Part shown: positions 8,906 to 20,300 of the stretch, piece by piece | How positions within the stretch are numbered: the first letter of the stretch is position 1 | Layout: the number at the start of each line of letters is the position of its first letter | From: Candidatus Calescibacterium sp. | GTDB taxonomy: Bacteria; Calescibacteriota; Calescibacteriia; Calescibacteriales; Calescibacteriaceae | Reading direction: 5' to 3' | NCBI GenBank assembly: GCA_032249135.1 | Contig: JAVVGL010000011.1 | Location: 1-63,195 of the forward strand | Length of the DNA: 63,195 bases | Program-made: the position numbers and the translations under genes | Notes under the pieces: model-generated | Seen by the model: only the letters and a program-made list of their open reading frames with translations | What the model was told of the DNA's origin: nothing | Database searches by the model: none

Positions 8906-9817
8906 ATGGAAATAACTGAACAGAGGGGAAAAATAATAGAAAAAAAGTCGGAAATTCTGGAAAAGGTAGTAAGAGCGATGCCTCCGCTTCCGTCTATTAT
9001 AAAAAACCTCTTGAACCATACTTTCTACGAGGAAGTTTCTATATCAGAAGTTGTGCAAGATATAGGTAAAGACCCGAACTTGGCAGGAGAGATAATGAGA
9101 CTTGTAAATTCCCAGTCTTTCTCTCTTATCAGAGTTTCAACTCTTGAACACGCGGTAATTCTTTTGGGGGTAAAAAATGTATTTAGAATAGCAATCGCAA
9201 TGTGGGTAAAAAATATCGGAGACATATACTTACCTGGATACCAACAAAAAAAGGGAGAACTTTCTTTCAATTCTTTCATAGGTGGCTATGCTTCAAAAAG
9301 GATAGCAGAAGTATCTTATCCTTCTCTTTCATATATTGCTTTCTCAGCGGCAGTTTTGAGGAACATAGGAAAAATCGCAATTGACCAACTTATACTGAAC
9401 AAAAAGAGCGAGATAATACAAGAAATTTTCAAAGGCAAAAGCGAAATTGAGGTGGAGGAAGAGATACTCGGAATAACTTTTACTGATGCAAATTACATGA
9501 TAGCAGAAGCCTGGAACCTACCCGAGGAATTAAAAATACCTATGAAATTCTTCAAAACACCACATCTTGTTCCAGAAGATATACCAGAATATATAAAGTT
9601 CACGACATATATAGTTCATGTAGGAGATGTTATATCTCAAATGGTAGGGATAGGTGGAGGTTTTGATAATCTTGTAGAGAGATTCTCACGAAAAAGTTTT
9701 GATGTTCTCAAAATAAGCGAAAAGCATATAGAAATGATATTTACTGAAGTATTCATGAAAGCAGAGCAAATCATAAGCGAATTTTTTGGAGAACAGCAAA
9801 GATCTTTAAGAGTATAA
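8906..9817 (+). CDS. HDOD domain protein
   Basis: MPPLP, DPNL..IMRLVNS, TLEHAVILLG and AEAWNLP motifs; the LHDIG motif is altered to LRNIG. Confidence 0.85.
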   Translation: MEITEQRGKIIEKKSEILEKVVRAMPPLPSIIKNLLNHTFYEEVSISEVVQDIGKDPNLAGEIMRLVNSQSFSLIRVSTLEHAVILLGVKNVFRIAIAMWVKNIGDIYLPGYQQKKGELSFNSFIGGYASKRIAEVSYPSLSYIAFSAAVLRNIGKIAIDQLILNKKSEIIQEIFKGKSEIEVEEEILGITFTDANYMIAEAWNLPEELKIPMKFFKTPHLVPEDIPEYIKFTTYIVHVGDVISQMVGIGGGFDNLVERFSRKSFDVLKISEKHIEMIFTEVFMKAEQIISEFFGEQQRSLRV

Positions 9818-9858
9818 AAATAAAAAGTAAAAAATAGAAAAAACAAAGGGATAAATTT

Positions 9859-10476
9859 ATGTTTGTTGAAGCAAAGCAGCAGGTTGAAGTATTTAAAAAG
9901 TTTCCTCTTTTATCTGATTATCCCAAATCTTTTGTTTTAAAAGATAAGAGAGAAGTTATAATTCGTCCGATGATAAAAGAAGATGTTGAAGAACTCTATA
10001 AATTTTTTTCAAAGCTTGACAGGGAAGATAAACAATTTTTAAGAGATGATGTATCTAAAAAAGAGGTAATAGAAAAATGGGCAGAGAACTTAAATTACGA
10101 TGTAGTTTTACCTTTACTGGCTTTTTATAACGGGGAAGTTGTAGCAGATGGGACATTGCATGCTTCAAATTATTTTTGGTCAAGGCATGTAGCGGAAATA
10201 AGATTGGTTGTTGCAAAAGATTTCAGGAATGTCGGTCTCGGAAAGAAAATAGTTTCGGAGCTTTTTTTCATAGCGATAAAAAGAGGTTTCAAGAAAATAG
10301 TAGCACAAATTCCCTTTCATCAACAAAATACAATAAGAATTTTTGAATCGCTTGGATTTGAAAAAGAAGCTATTTTAAGAAAACATATAATAGTACAAGG
10401 TAAAGGATTTTCGGACCTTCTTATTATGTCTATCTTTACAGATAATGTTGTTCAAAGTATAAAGAGAGCTTCATAA
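9859..10476 (+). CDS. GNAT family N-acetyltransferase
   Basis: VIIRPM, VAKDFRNVGLG acetyl-CoA motif, FESLGFEKE. Confidence 0.85.
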   Translation: MFVEAKQQVEVFKKFPLLSDYPKSFVLKDKREVIIRPMIKEDVEELYKFFSKLDREDKQFLRDDVSKKEVIEKWAENLNYDVVLPLLAFYNGEVVADGTLHASNYFWSRHVAEIRLVVAKDFRNVGLGKKIVSELFFIAIKRGFKKIVAQIPFHQQNTIRIFESLGFEKEAILRKHIIVQGKGFSDLLIMSIFTDNVVQSIKRAS

Positions 10477-10542
10477 AAACAAAAGTTAATTAAAAACAGA
10501 AGTTAATTAATCAAAAAATTCTACTTTTAAAATTCTACTTTT

Positions 10543-12693
10543 TTAGATAAAGAGCGGAGCAAGAACGAGCGTTACAGTTGAAAGAAGCTTTACAAGCACA
10601 TGAATAGATGGACCAGCAGTGTCTTTCAGAGGATCTCCGACTGTATCTCCTACGACTGCTGCTTTGTGAGCTTCTGTTCCTTTTGCTCCGGAAGCCTCTA
10701 TTGATTTTTTAGCATTATCCCAAGCTGCACCACCGTTGTTGAAAACTGTTGCAACGAGAATTCCGGAGATTGTTCCTATCATGAGAACTGCTGCTACCGT
10801 TTCAGCTCCCATTCCTATGAGTTTGAATATTATTCCTACAAGTGTAGGAACTACGACAGGAAGTAGTCCCGGTATTATCATTTCTTTGAGAGCTCCTCTT
10901 GTTACTATATCAACGCATGTCCCATATTCTGGTTTTTCCGTTCCTTGCAAGATTCCCGGTTTTTCTCTGAATTGTCTTCTCACTTCATTTATGACATAGT
11001 ATGCTGCTCTACCCACAGCTCTTATAGCTAATCCTGAGAACAAAAATACGAGCATAGCTCCTATGAGTCCAGCTACGAAAACTTCTGGTTTCGCTATATC
11101 TACTGATTTCAAATCTACTCCATAGTTTCTGACCTCATCCAAATATGCACTGAAAAGTAAGAATGCTGCAAGACCAGCTGAACCGATTGCGTATCCTTTC
11201 GTTAAAGCTTTTGTTGTGTTACCTACTGCATCAAGTTTATCTGTTATTTGGCGAACATCTTTTGGCTGGTGGCTCATTTCTGCTATTCCACCTGCATTAT
11301 CGCTTATTGGTCCAAAGGTATCCATTGCAAGAATGAAACCTGCTGTTGAGAGCATTCCCATAGTAGCCACAGCGGTTCCAAAGAGCCCTGCATCCGGAAG
11401 CCCAGTTGATCTTCCAAGATAATAAGAAACTATAATTGCTATTCCTATTGTTATTGCTGGTAATGCTGTATTTTCAAGCCCTACCGATAATCCGGTTATT
11501 ATATTTGTAGCTGGTCCAGTCTGACAAGACCTTATTATCTCTTTTACTGGTCTATATTTGTCTTCTGTATAGTATTGTGTTATGAAAACAAATGCTGCCG
11601 ATGTTAGAACTCCGACTACTCCGCACAGGAAAAAGTTTATCCAAGCTGATGGGTAATTTGGGTGATAAAGTAGCCATCTTGATGCTATTGCAAATCCTAT
11701 CATTGCAAGTACGACCGAAAGGTAGTAACCTCTGTTCAGAGCTCGCATTGGGTCATCATCATTGCTTTTTGCGTTTACCATCATTATACCTATTATGGAA
11801 GATATTATACCGAATGCTCTCGCTACAAGTGGGAACATCATAACTCCAAATATCCATGATGCTTCTGCTCCCGCTACTTTTGATGCCATAGCTGCTCCTA
11901 AAATCATTGCTCCTATATTTTCAGCCGCTGTTGACTCAAAAAGGTCAGCACCTCTTCCTGCACAGTCTCCAACATTATCTCCGACCTGATCTGCTATAAC
12001 GGCGGGATTTCTTGGGTCATCTTCTGGTATTCCGGCCTCAACTTTTCCTACAAGATCAGCTCCTACATCTGCGGCTTTTGTGTAAATTCCTCCTCCAAGC
12101 TGAGCAAAGAGAGCCACAAAAGATGCTCCAAACCCGTACCCAACAATAAGTAAGGGTATCTTTGTTGGTTCAGCAGAAGAAAAGAGTTTCATAAGAATAT
12201 AGAGTCCACCTATACCAAGTAGGCTCATGGATACGACCATTATACCGGATACAGCTCCACCTCTTAGGGCTATTTTTAGAGCATCCGGTAGGCTTTTTCT
12301 TGCCGCTGCGGCTGCCACTCTTATATTACTTCTTATGCTTGCCCACATACCGACATATCCTGCAATAAGAGAAGAAATTGCTCCTGCTACGAAAGATAGA
12401 GCTATCCAGAAAGCGAGTTCTATTGCTGATGAAACCGGATCAAACGGTTTGTGTCCTCTTATTATTCCGTATCCTACAAACAGAGCTATTGCGAAAGGAA
12501 TTGAAATATAGATTATGGTTTTATATTGTCTTCGTAGGAATGCCTCTGCTCCCTCTTTTATAGCGTCTGATATTGCTCGCATTTCAGGGGTTCCTGTATC
12601 GTGTTTTAGAACCCACCTTGCAAGCAGAAAAGAAAATATGACTCCTCCTATGCTGACTCCCATAATTACTAATATTATTATCAACTCTTTCAT
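10543..12693 (-). CDS. hppA: Membrane-bound pyrophosphatase, K+-independent H+-translocating type
   Basis: GGIYTKAADVGADLVGKVE, PEDDPRNP, DNAGGIAE, GDTVGDPLKD. The GNTTKA lysine is the K+-independent signature. Confidence 0.95.
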   Translation of the reverse strand: MKELIIILVIMGVSIGGVIFSFLLARWVLKHDTGTPEMRAISDAIKEGAEAFLRRQYKTIIYISIPFAIALFVGYGIIRGHKPFDPVSSAIELAFWIALSFVAGAISSLIAGYVGMWASIRSNIRVAAAAARKSLPDALKIALRGGAVSGIMVVSMSLLGIGGLYILMKLFSSAEPTKIPLLIVGYGFGASFVALFAQLGGGIYTKAADVGADLVGKVEAGIPEDDPRNPAVIADQVGDNVGDCAGRGADLFESTAAENIGAMILGAAMASKVAGAEASWIFGVMMFPLVARAFGIISSIIGIMMVNAKSNDDDPMRALNRGYYLSVVLAMIGFAIASRWLLYHPNYPSAWINFFLCGVVGVLTSAAFVFITQYYTEDKYRPVKEIIRSCQTGPATNIITGLSVGLENTALPAITIGIAIIVSYYLGRSTGLPDAGLFGTAVATMGMLSTAGFILAMDTFGPISDNAGGIAEMSHQPKDVRQITDKLDAVGNTTKALTKGYAIGSAGLAAFLLFSAYLDEVRNYGVDLKSVDIAKPEVFVAGLIGAMLVFLFSGLAIRAVGRAAYYVINEVRRQFREKPGILQGTEKPEYGTCVDIVTRGALKEMIIPGLLPVVVPTLVGIIFKLIGMGAETVAAVLMIGTISGILVATVFNNGGAAWDNAKKSIEASGAKGTEAHKAAVVGDTVGDPLKDTAGPSIHVLVKLLSTVTLVLAPLFI

Positions 12694-12809
12694 ATCCTCA
12701 ATACCTCCTTTGATAGAAATGGTATTTTAAAATATCTCTTACTATAAGAAAGAAAAAAAAAAGTTGCAGAAAATTCAATTTAATTTGTTTTGTTTTTAAT
12801 TTTGCAATT

Positions 12810-13463
12810 ATGCCAACTTTACTTACGGAGTTTTTTGGAGTTTCCGCGAAAATTCAGCATATTGTTTTTGAAATTTTTGCATTTTTTTTGGTCTTATTTT
12901 TGGGAGCTTTGGCTGTAAAGAAAAGAGAATCTATGATTTCAAAGATTTTTTCTCTTGTTGTTGATTTTTGGAGAAAGATGGCTTTATCTCTTATGCATGA
13001 GGAAGATGCTAAAAAGCATGTGCCGTTTGTCTCATCTCTCTTTATATTTATCTTAATTATGAATATTATGGGGCTTATTCCCGGTCTTATGCCACCTACT
13101 ATGAATATAAACACGAATATCGGAATTGCTATTTTCGTTTTCTTGTATTATAACTATTTTGGTTTCAAAAAACACGGATTAGGTTATATAAAACATTTTC
13201 TCGGACCATTTTTACCTGTTGCCTTTCTTTATTTTCCGATAGAGCTCATCTCTCATGTTTTTCGTATTGCAAGTTTATCAATTCGTCTTGCGGGGAATAT
13301 GACAGGGGATCACTCAGTTCTTGAAATTTTCACTCATCTTACTTATCTTGTGGTTCCAATTGCATTTCTTATTTTAGGCACAATAGTTTCAATAGTGCAA
13401 GCTTTTGTATTCTCTATCCTTTCACTTATATATGTTGCTCTTGCTGTTGGAGAGGAGCATTAA
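12810..13463 (+). CDS. atpB: F0F1 ATP synthase subunit a
   Basis: NIMGLIPG, PPTMNIN, SLSIRLAGNM with the essential Arg, VQAFVF. Confidence 0.92.
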   Translation: MPTLLTEFFGVSAKIQHIVFEIFAFFLVLFLGALAVKKRESMISKIFSLVVDFWRKMALSLMHEEDAKKHVPFVSSLFIFILIMNIMGLIPGLMPPTMNINTNIGIAIFVFLYYNYFGFKKHGLGYIKHFLGPFLPVAFLYFPIELISHVFRIASLSIRLAGNMTGDHSVLEIFTHLTYLVVPIAFLILGTIVSIVQAFVFSILSLIYVALAVGEEH

Positions 13464-13498
13464 GCAAATTTCAATTTTTGACAAATAACTAAGCGAAT

Positions 13499-14347
13499 AT
13501 GGATTTTTGGCAAATAACTTGGAAGCTTTTGAATTTTTGGGCAGATTACGGATGTACAATCTTGCAACCTTATGATGTTGAAGTTGGAGCGGGAACATTT
13601 CATCCTGCAACATTTTTTGGGGTTTTAGGTAAGGATAGCTGGAATGTAGCGTATGTTCAACCTTCACGCAGACCACAAGATGGAAGATATGGAAAAAATC
13701 CGCAACGGCTTCAACATTATTTTCAGCTTCAAGTAATTTTAAAGCCAGCACCGGAAAATGTGATTGATTTATATATTCAAAGTTTGAAATATCTTGGTCT
13801 TGAAGTAGAAAAAAGAGATTTTAGATTAATAGAAGATGATTGGGAATCTCCAACCCTTGGAGCGTGGGGGTTAGGATGGGAAGCAAGAATTGATGGAATG
13901 GAGATAACTCAGCTTACTTTCTTTCAGCAGATGGCGGGAATTGACCTTGATCCAATTTCTTTTGAAATAACATATGGTCTTGAAAGAATAGCTCTTTTTG
14001 TTTCAAAGAAAATTTCAGTTTTTGATATAGACTGGGGAAAAATAAGGTATGGAGATTTTTATAAATTAAGAGAAGAGCAGTGGAGCATTTACAATTTTGA
14101 TTCAGCAGATGAGAAACTACTTTTCAAGCTCTTTGATCTTTTTGAAGAAGAATGTATGAGACTTGTTAAAATAGGACTTTTTATACCTGCTTATGATTTT
14201 TGTATAAAGTGTTCGCATGTTTTCAATATATTAGATGCTCGTGGTGTGATAGGAGTTGAAAAAAGAGCAGAGTTTATTTCTCGTGTGAGAAATCTTGCAA
14301 AAATGTGTGCAACAAAATATTTGGAATCAAAAAATCAGCTTACATAA
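13499..14347 (+). CDS. glyQ: Glycine--tRNA ligase alpha subunit
   Basis: [48 protein letters not shown]. Confidence 0.96.
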   Translation: MDFWQITWKLLNFWADYGCTILQPYDVEVGAGTFHPATFFGVLGKDSWNVAYVQPSRRPQDGRYGKNPQRLQHYFQLQVILKPAPENVIDLYIQSLKYLGLEVEKRDFRLIEDDWESPTLGAWGLGWEARIDGMEITQLTFFQQMAGIDLDPISFEITYGLERIALFVSKKISVFDIDWGKIRYGDFYKLREEQWSIYNFDSADEKLLFKLFDLFEEECMRLVKIGLFIPAYDFCIKCSHVFNILDARGVIGVEKRAEFISRVRNLAKMCATKYLESKNQLT

Positions 14348-14353
14348 ATAGAT

Positions 14354-14911
14354 ATGGAAAGACAAAAAAAATTTCCTTCTCTGATAGGACTAAACATAGA
14401 GGGATTTTATTTTTACCCTAAAATTCACGAATCTGTCTTTATTGCTCCGACAGCTTCTATTATAGGAAATGTTGAAATAGATGAATTAAGTTCTGTGTGG
14501 TATGGGGTCGTAATAAGAGGAGATGTTAATTGGATAAAAATAGGTAAAGGTACAAATATACAAGACAATAGCGTTGTTCATGCAGAGACAGCATCTTTTC
14601 CGACATATATAGGTGATTTTGTTACTGTGGGGCATAAAGCAACAATACATGGTTGTATAATAAAAGATTTTTCTCTTGTAGGAATAGGAGCTATTGTGAT
14701 GAATGGAGCAGAAATTGGTCCTTTTTCTATTGTTGGGGCAGGAGCTGTTGTAACTGAAAACACAAAAATACCTCCGGGAACTCTTGCGATTGGTGTTCCA
14801 GCAAAGGTAAAAAGAGATTTGACCGAAAAAGAAATAGAATCTTTGAAAAGGTCAGCTCAAAGATATATTGAACTTGCAAAAATCCATTCTGAATATTTAA
14901 ATTCTATCTGA
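14354..14911 (+). CDS. Gamma carbonic anhydrase family protein (YrdA-like)
   Basis: IRGDVN, NIQDNSVVH, VGH.A.IHGC hexapeptide repeats. Confidence 0.9.
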   Translation: MERQKKFPSLIGLNIEGFYFYPKIHESVFIAPTASIIGNVEIDELSSVWYGVVIRGDVNWIKIGKGTNIQDNSVVHAETASFPTYIGDFVTVGHKATIHGCIIKDFSLVGIGAIVMNGAEIGPFSIVGAGAVVTENTKIPPGTLAIGVPAKVKRDLTEKEIESLKRSAQRYIELAKIHSEYLNSI

Positions 14912-14912
14912 T

Positions 14913-15590
14913 ATGGCTGAGGAGATCACTGATAGCAAAGTTAATGCCCAGGGTCAAAATCAAAGCAAAGAAAGATTTTTTGATAAGTTAAAAACTTCAA
15001 TAAAAGATAATTTCGTAGTAGGTTTGATTTTTTCTGGTCCGATTTTAGGAACGCTGTATATTCTTTATCTTCTTTTTTCTTTTTTTGATAAGATTTTTGG
15101 GCAGATTTATTCCAAGATTTTGGGGTTCAATATCCCTGGTGCAGGACTCATTACCCTATTTATTTTCATAGTTTTGTTGGGAGTTTTTGCAAGAACTTAT
15201 TTTGCGAGTATATTTTTGAGTACTTTTGAAAGGATCATAAATAAAATTCCGCTTGTAAGTTCAATTTATTCTACTTTAAAAAGTGTTAGTGATATTGTCC
15301 AAACAAGGCGCTCTCTTGGAAGACCAGTATTTGTGTATTTTGGGCAATCTTATATACCTGCATTTGAGATATCGTCTGATGATAAAGTCTCATCTGTTCT
15401 TATACCTTCTACTCCTAATCCTACAACAGGTTTTGTTTTTCTTTTCCCTAAAAAGAATGTGATATATTATCCTAATATTTCTACTGAGGAGTTTATGAAG
15501 TTTTATTTATCTTTGGGAATATACAGGTTGAAGATTAATTTAGAGGAGTTGGAGAAGTTGCGCCTTAAAGTTGAAGAAAAAGAGATTTAA
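14913..15590 (+). CDS. DUF502 family membrane protein
   Basis: Two TM helices, KIPLVSSIY, PSTPNPTTGF. Confidence 0.85.
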   Translation: MAEEITDSKVNAQGQNQSKERFFDKLKTSIKDNFVVGLIFSGPILGTLYILYLLFSFFDKIFGQIYSKILGFNIPGAGLITLFIFIVLLGVFARTYFASIFLSTFERIINKIPLVSSIYSTLKSVSDIVQTRRSLGRPVFVYFGQSYIPAFEISSDDKVSSVLIPSTPNPTTGFVFLFPKKNVIYYPNISTEEFMKFYLSLGIYRLKINLEELEKLRLKVEEKEI

Positions 15591-15616
15591 GGAAAAGTTA
15601 TTAACTTGAAATTGAA

Positions 15617-16465
15617 ATGAAGGGTATTTTGAAAATTTTCAGATTGATATTTTTTATATTTGTTGCTTTGTTAGCAATCAGAGGATTTTTTACTTTTTTT
15701 GAAAAAGAAAAATTTAAAGAGGCAATATATGTTTTAAAACTTGAAGATACAATTTTATCATCAGAGAAAATAGTAAGTGAGCTGAGAAAATTAGAGAAAA
15801 GTGATTTTATAAAAGCAATTATTTTGAGAGTAAATTCACCGGGCGGAACAATAGGAGCATCGCAAGAGATATATCTTGAACTCAAAAAATTTAAAGAAAA
15901 AACGGGGAAAAAACTTATATGTTCAATAGAAAATATTGGAGCTTCGGGAGCGTATTATGTTTCTCTTGCTTGCGACAAAGTAATTGCTCTCCCAGGTTCA
16001 ATTGTTGGTTCAATTGGAGTCATATCTTTCTTTTTCACAGTAGAAGACCTCCTGAAATATTTGAAGGTGAAACCTTATATAGTAAAATCTGGGAAATTCA
16101 AAGATACGGGGTCTCCGTTCAGGCAACCTAACGAGCAGGATTTAAAATATCTTGAAGACATTGTTATGAAACTTTTTGAAGAATTCAAAAAAGATGTAGT
16201 TCAAGTGAGGCCAGCTCTTAAAGACAAAATAGATGAAATAGCAGATGGAAGAGTATTTACAGGAAAGGAAGCATTTGAACTTGGACTTATAGATTATATA
16301 GGAACTTTTTCTGACGCTGTAACGATTGCGAAAGAACTTGCTGGAATAAAAGAAGAACCAAAAATAATATTCCCAGAAAAAAGGAAAATTCCTTTCTTAG
16401 AGGATATATTGAAATCAGCAGTAAAAGAGATGATCTCTAAATTTCTTTTCCCCGAGATAATGTGA
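15617..16465 (+). CDS. sppA: Signal peptide peptidase SppA (S49)
   Basis: LRVNSPGG, GASGAYY, GSIGV, SGKFKD, DGRVFTG. Confidence 0.92.
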   Translation: MKGILKIFRLIFFIFVALLAIRGFFTFFEKEKFKEAIYVLKLEDTILSSEKIVSELRKLEKSDFIKAIILRVNSPGGTIGASQEIYLELKKFKEKTGKKLICSIENIGASGAYYVSLACDKVIALPGSIVGSIGVISFFFTVEDLLKYLKVKPYIVKSGKFKDTGSPFRQPNEQDLKYLEDIVMKLFEEFKKDVVQVRPALKDKIDEIADGRVFTGKEAFELGLIDYIGTFSDAVTIAKELAGIKEEPKIIFPEKRKIPFLEDILKSAVKEMISKFLFPEIM

Positions 16466-16938
16466 GACTGCAAATTAAAATAGGACTTGAAGATAACTCA
16501 GCATATACTACTTTCTCCTTGAAGATAATAAAATGGGAAATTTTAAAAAGAAAGTTTGTTTTAGACCAGCTCATTTCAGAAAATCTTCCTTATCTGTTTC
16601 TCAGGCTACTTGAAGAAAAAAAGGAGGTGGTGGGAACTGATGAGAAGGCAAGGAAAATTAGAAAAATAAAAGTTAGAAAAACAGATTACTTTTCTTTTTT
16701 GAAAAATCTTATCAGAAAAAAACCCGGAAAAATATCAAAAATAATTTTCTTCGTTCATAAAGATAGTATCTCAGACCCTGATTTTATTAGTGCATTATCT
16801 TACATTCAAGCCTTGTTTGATAAAAAAATAAAAATTATACCATCTGAAAAGTATGAGCTGCAAGTTGAATTTGATGTAAAATTTTTAGCTCTAATTTCAT
16901 CTATTATACCAGTTCTTCTCGGAAGGCAACCGGGTTAA
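16462..16938 (+). CDS. Hypothetical protein
   Basis: 158-aa ORF with a GTGA start/stop overlap to sppA; no motif recognised. Confidence 0.55.
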   Translation: MRLQIKIGLEDNSAYTTFSLKIIKWEILKRKFVLDQLISENLPYLFLRLLEEKKEVVGTDEKARKIRKIKVRKTDYFSFLKNLIRKKPGKISKIIFFVHKDSISDPDFISALSYIQALFDKKIKIIPSEKYELQVEFDVKFLALISSIIPVLLGRQPG

Positions 16939-16967
16939 AAGGTCAAGACAGGAATTTAGTATAAGTG

Positions 16968-17384
16968 TTAAATATTTGTAGCCGGTGGTGGGCAAACTTG
17001 TGTTGCACCTTCTGGAAATGCTGTTGAACCCGGATACACATCTTTGTTTTCATCGTTGCAATCTCCATATGTAGAACAGAGTTCATCTGCCCGATAGAAT
17101 CCGGGCTTTTGTTCGCAAGATGTTATTCCATCAGAGAATTTATCTCCATCAAAATCTTTGTAGTAAACTGTGGGACATGATGGAAAAGTACTTTGTTCGC
17201 TTTTATTTTCAGACAAGACTACTGGACATACAGGTTTTGTGGTGGTTTGATCTTTATTATTTCCTTCAACAGCGATTTTATCACAGCTTGTAAGTATTGA
17301 TGGAATTGAATAGAATAAAAACAAGCAAAAAATAATCCCTGAAAAAAAACAAAAATTATTTTTTGTAGTTTTAAAATTATTCAT
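16968..17384 (-). CDS. Lipoprotein with putative metal-binding (MopE-related) repeat
   Basis: Lipobox-like LTSC; YYKDFDGDKF...GDCNDENKDVYPG motif. Confidence 0.7.
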   Translation of the reverse strand: MNNFKTTKNNFCFFSGIIFCLFLFYSIPSILTSCDKIAVEGNNKDQTTTKPVCPVVLSENKSEQSTFPSCPTVYYKDFDGDKFSDGITSCEQKPGFYRADELCSTYGDCNDENKDVYPGSTAFPEGATQVCPPPATNI

Positions 17385-17385
17385 T

Positions 17386-20300
17386 ATGAAAATTTTATCT
17401 AATTTGAAGTTAGATAAGTTTCTCTTTTTTTGGATTTATTTGATTTTCTCTATTTTTCTTTTCTCCTCTTCTCTTATTTTATGTTCAAGGAAAAAGGAAG
17501 GGGAAAGATATAGACTGCAAAACCCTGTGCATGTTGTAATAGATAGGTGTGGAGTTCCTCATATATTTGCAGAGTCAGATTCAGATGCTTTTTTTGTTCT
17601 CGGGTATATTCAGGCTCATTTTAGATTGTTCCAGATGGATATGTCAAGAAGAGCTTCTACCGGTAGGCTTGCGGAAATCTTCCCAGAAATGCTCACGCAA
17701 GATATCATTCAAAGGATGATTGGTTTCAAATTTATATCTGAAAAAACTCTTGAATCTTTCAAAGATATAGGAATGTTAAAAAAGGTTCAGGCATTTGTAG
17801 ATGGTATAAACCAGTATATAGATGACGCTAAGGAAGGAAGAGAATTCGGTGGTATAAAGGCTCAAATACCTTTGCAATATCAGATTATTAAAGCAGAACC
17901 TCAATATTTTAGCGTTGTAGATGTTATTGCAGTAGGTAAAAATAGGTCTTTTGATTTATCAGGGGGAGGATTGATAGATCTTGCATCAAAACTTATGCAA
18001 CTTATTTTTGGAGATAAATTTGAAAAAATTTTTTCCATATCTCCCTTAGAAAAAGTTAAGGTGGTAGATGATTTCCCAAGATTGAGAATAACTCCATTTT
18101 CATCTTCTGGTCAAAATATAAATAGAAAAGAAATTGAAAATTTAGTTGATGCTATATCTCAAAAGCTGAGGAATTTAAAGTTTCCGATACCACTTGCTTC
18201 AAATAATTTTGTTGTTTCGGGTAAAATAACAAAAACGGGGTATCCTATTTTAGAAAATGATCCTCACCTTGATGTTATCTCTCCATCTACATTCTTCCCT
18301 GTTCAGATAAATTCTCCTGAATATTCTGTGAAAGGATTTACTTTTCCGGGAATACCTGTTGTTCTTGTGGGGGCTTCGGATAATGTGTGCTGGGGAGTTA
18401 CAACTACACTCATAGATACCATGGATATAGTTTTTTCTGAGGTAGTAAAAGATGGTGATAAATTTTTTGTTTGGTGGGGCGGAAAAAAAATACAAGCTGA
18501 ACCGATTGAGGAAGAAGTAAAATATAGGGATGGGAATAATTTCAGGTCAGTAAAAATAAAAATACTTTATGTTCCAAATATTGGAGTTGTTCTTGACGCA
18601 GGGAATATAGAGGGTTTTTCTTCAATTTTGTCTTTTCTTTTCAACATATTGGGAACTGAAGCAGGGGGAGAAAATGAATTTGTAAATAATATAAGAAAAT
18701 TATTGAAATATGTTTTTACTGTTGGTATTGTAAGTGATGAGCAAAAGGACAAAGTTCCTAATCTTGGAATAATTCTTGCCTGGCCGGGATACAAACCTAC
18801 AAGTGAGATTGCAGCTTTCTATGGTCTAGGGCATGTAAAAGATATATTTGAAGCTATGACACAGGTCAAGTTCTTTCAGGTCGGAATTCAAAACTTTATA
18901 GTTGCAGATATAAAAGGAAATATAGGTTACTTCCCTCATGGTGAAATTCCGATCAGACCCCAAGGTGTGAAACCATATCTCCCAGATCTTTCAGAAAGGC
19001 TTTTCTGGGTGGGATTTTTAAGTCCGGATTTTATTCCGCGTGCAATAAATCCAACTTCCGGCTACATAGTTACAGCAAACAACGATATCGTGGGAACATC
19101 TTTTGATAATGACCCTATGAATGAAAGATTTTATTTGGGACCAGTTTATGACTTTGGATTCAGAGCAAAAAATATTTCAAGCCTGATAGAAAAGAATAAA
19201 CAAAACATTGACAAAATCACCGCTGCTCACATACTAAATTCAGCTGAATCAGAACTTGCAAAATTGTTTTTGAATGTTTTTTTCAAATTTATATCAGATG
19301 AAGATATTCAAGCTATATCAGGGAACGAAGAAAAAAAAGAGTTTATAAGGTTCATGTTAGAAAAACTCAAAAGCTGGGATTTCCAGAACGATGTGAATTC
19401 TCCTGAACCTCTTTACTATGAGATGATAATGAGAATGAGTTTTACTTCTTTTGCGTGGGAAAATTTCATAAAAAGATTTTTCCCTGCAAGATTATCAGAC
19501 ATTCTAATTTCAGCTCTAAAAGGCACAGAGTTTGAGGGTATTGCAAAAGCAATTTACGAGGTTGGATTAGTACCTTTGAGTACGGCTCTTTTTGATCTAG
19601 TTTCTGATCCTCAAGTTATTATAAGATCTGCTTTTCCTGTTATTTCGGGAGAGAAAGGAGAAGTTTGTCCGAAAGAAACAGCTGATGTTTCAACACAAGA
19701 TATGAGAAAAATCTTACTTGGAGATGATTTGTGTCCAAAAGATGAGTTTCTGAAAGCTATCTCTAAAACAGCTGATTTTTTAATTCAGAATGCAAAAAAA
19801 TGTAAAAAGGAGTTAAATGGAACTTGTGCAGAGTTTATTTGCAAAGAAGGAGATCCTAAGAACTGCGTTCTCGGAGACTTTGTCGGTAAAAAATTCAACT
19901 ATTTGATAGATATACCTCAGAAAGAGCTTTTTGAACCGACATATTATGGAAATAAGTATTTCAGAAAAAGTGCGGGAACTGGTCTTGTTTATGCTGCGGA
20001 TTTTGAACCAGTAAAGTTGAGTGGCAAAGTTGAAACAAAAGAAGATCTTTCATCAGTTTCTCTTGATTTCAAGGAACCATCAGCGGAAAAAGAGTTCGTT
20101 GCTTTTGAAGTAAGTAGTAGTGGTCAGACTCTGAAATATATATGCGAGGCTAAACCAACGGGAACTGAGGTTTGGTTTGCAATTCCCGGTGGTGTTGCGG
20201 ATGATCCTGTTTCTCCTTATTTTGCAAATATGATAACAGCTTGGGCTTGTCAGCGAGAGTGGCTCAGAGGCGTCACGCAAGGATACTGTGCTATACCGAA

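Noticed and set aside
10687..10767. Avoidance of WCCGGW as support for BsaWI-like specificity
   Set aside because: Sites are readily found (for example TCCGGA at 10687 and 10762), so no depletion can be claimed without counting. Specificity remains unproven.
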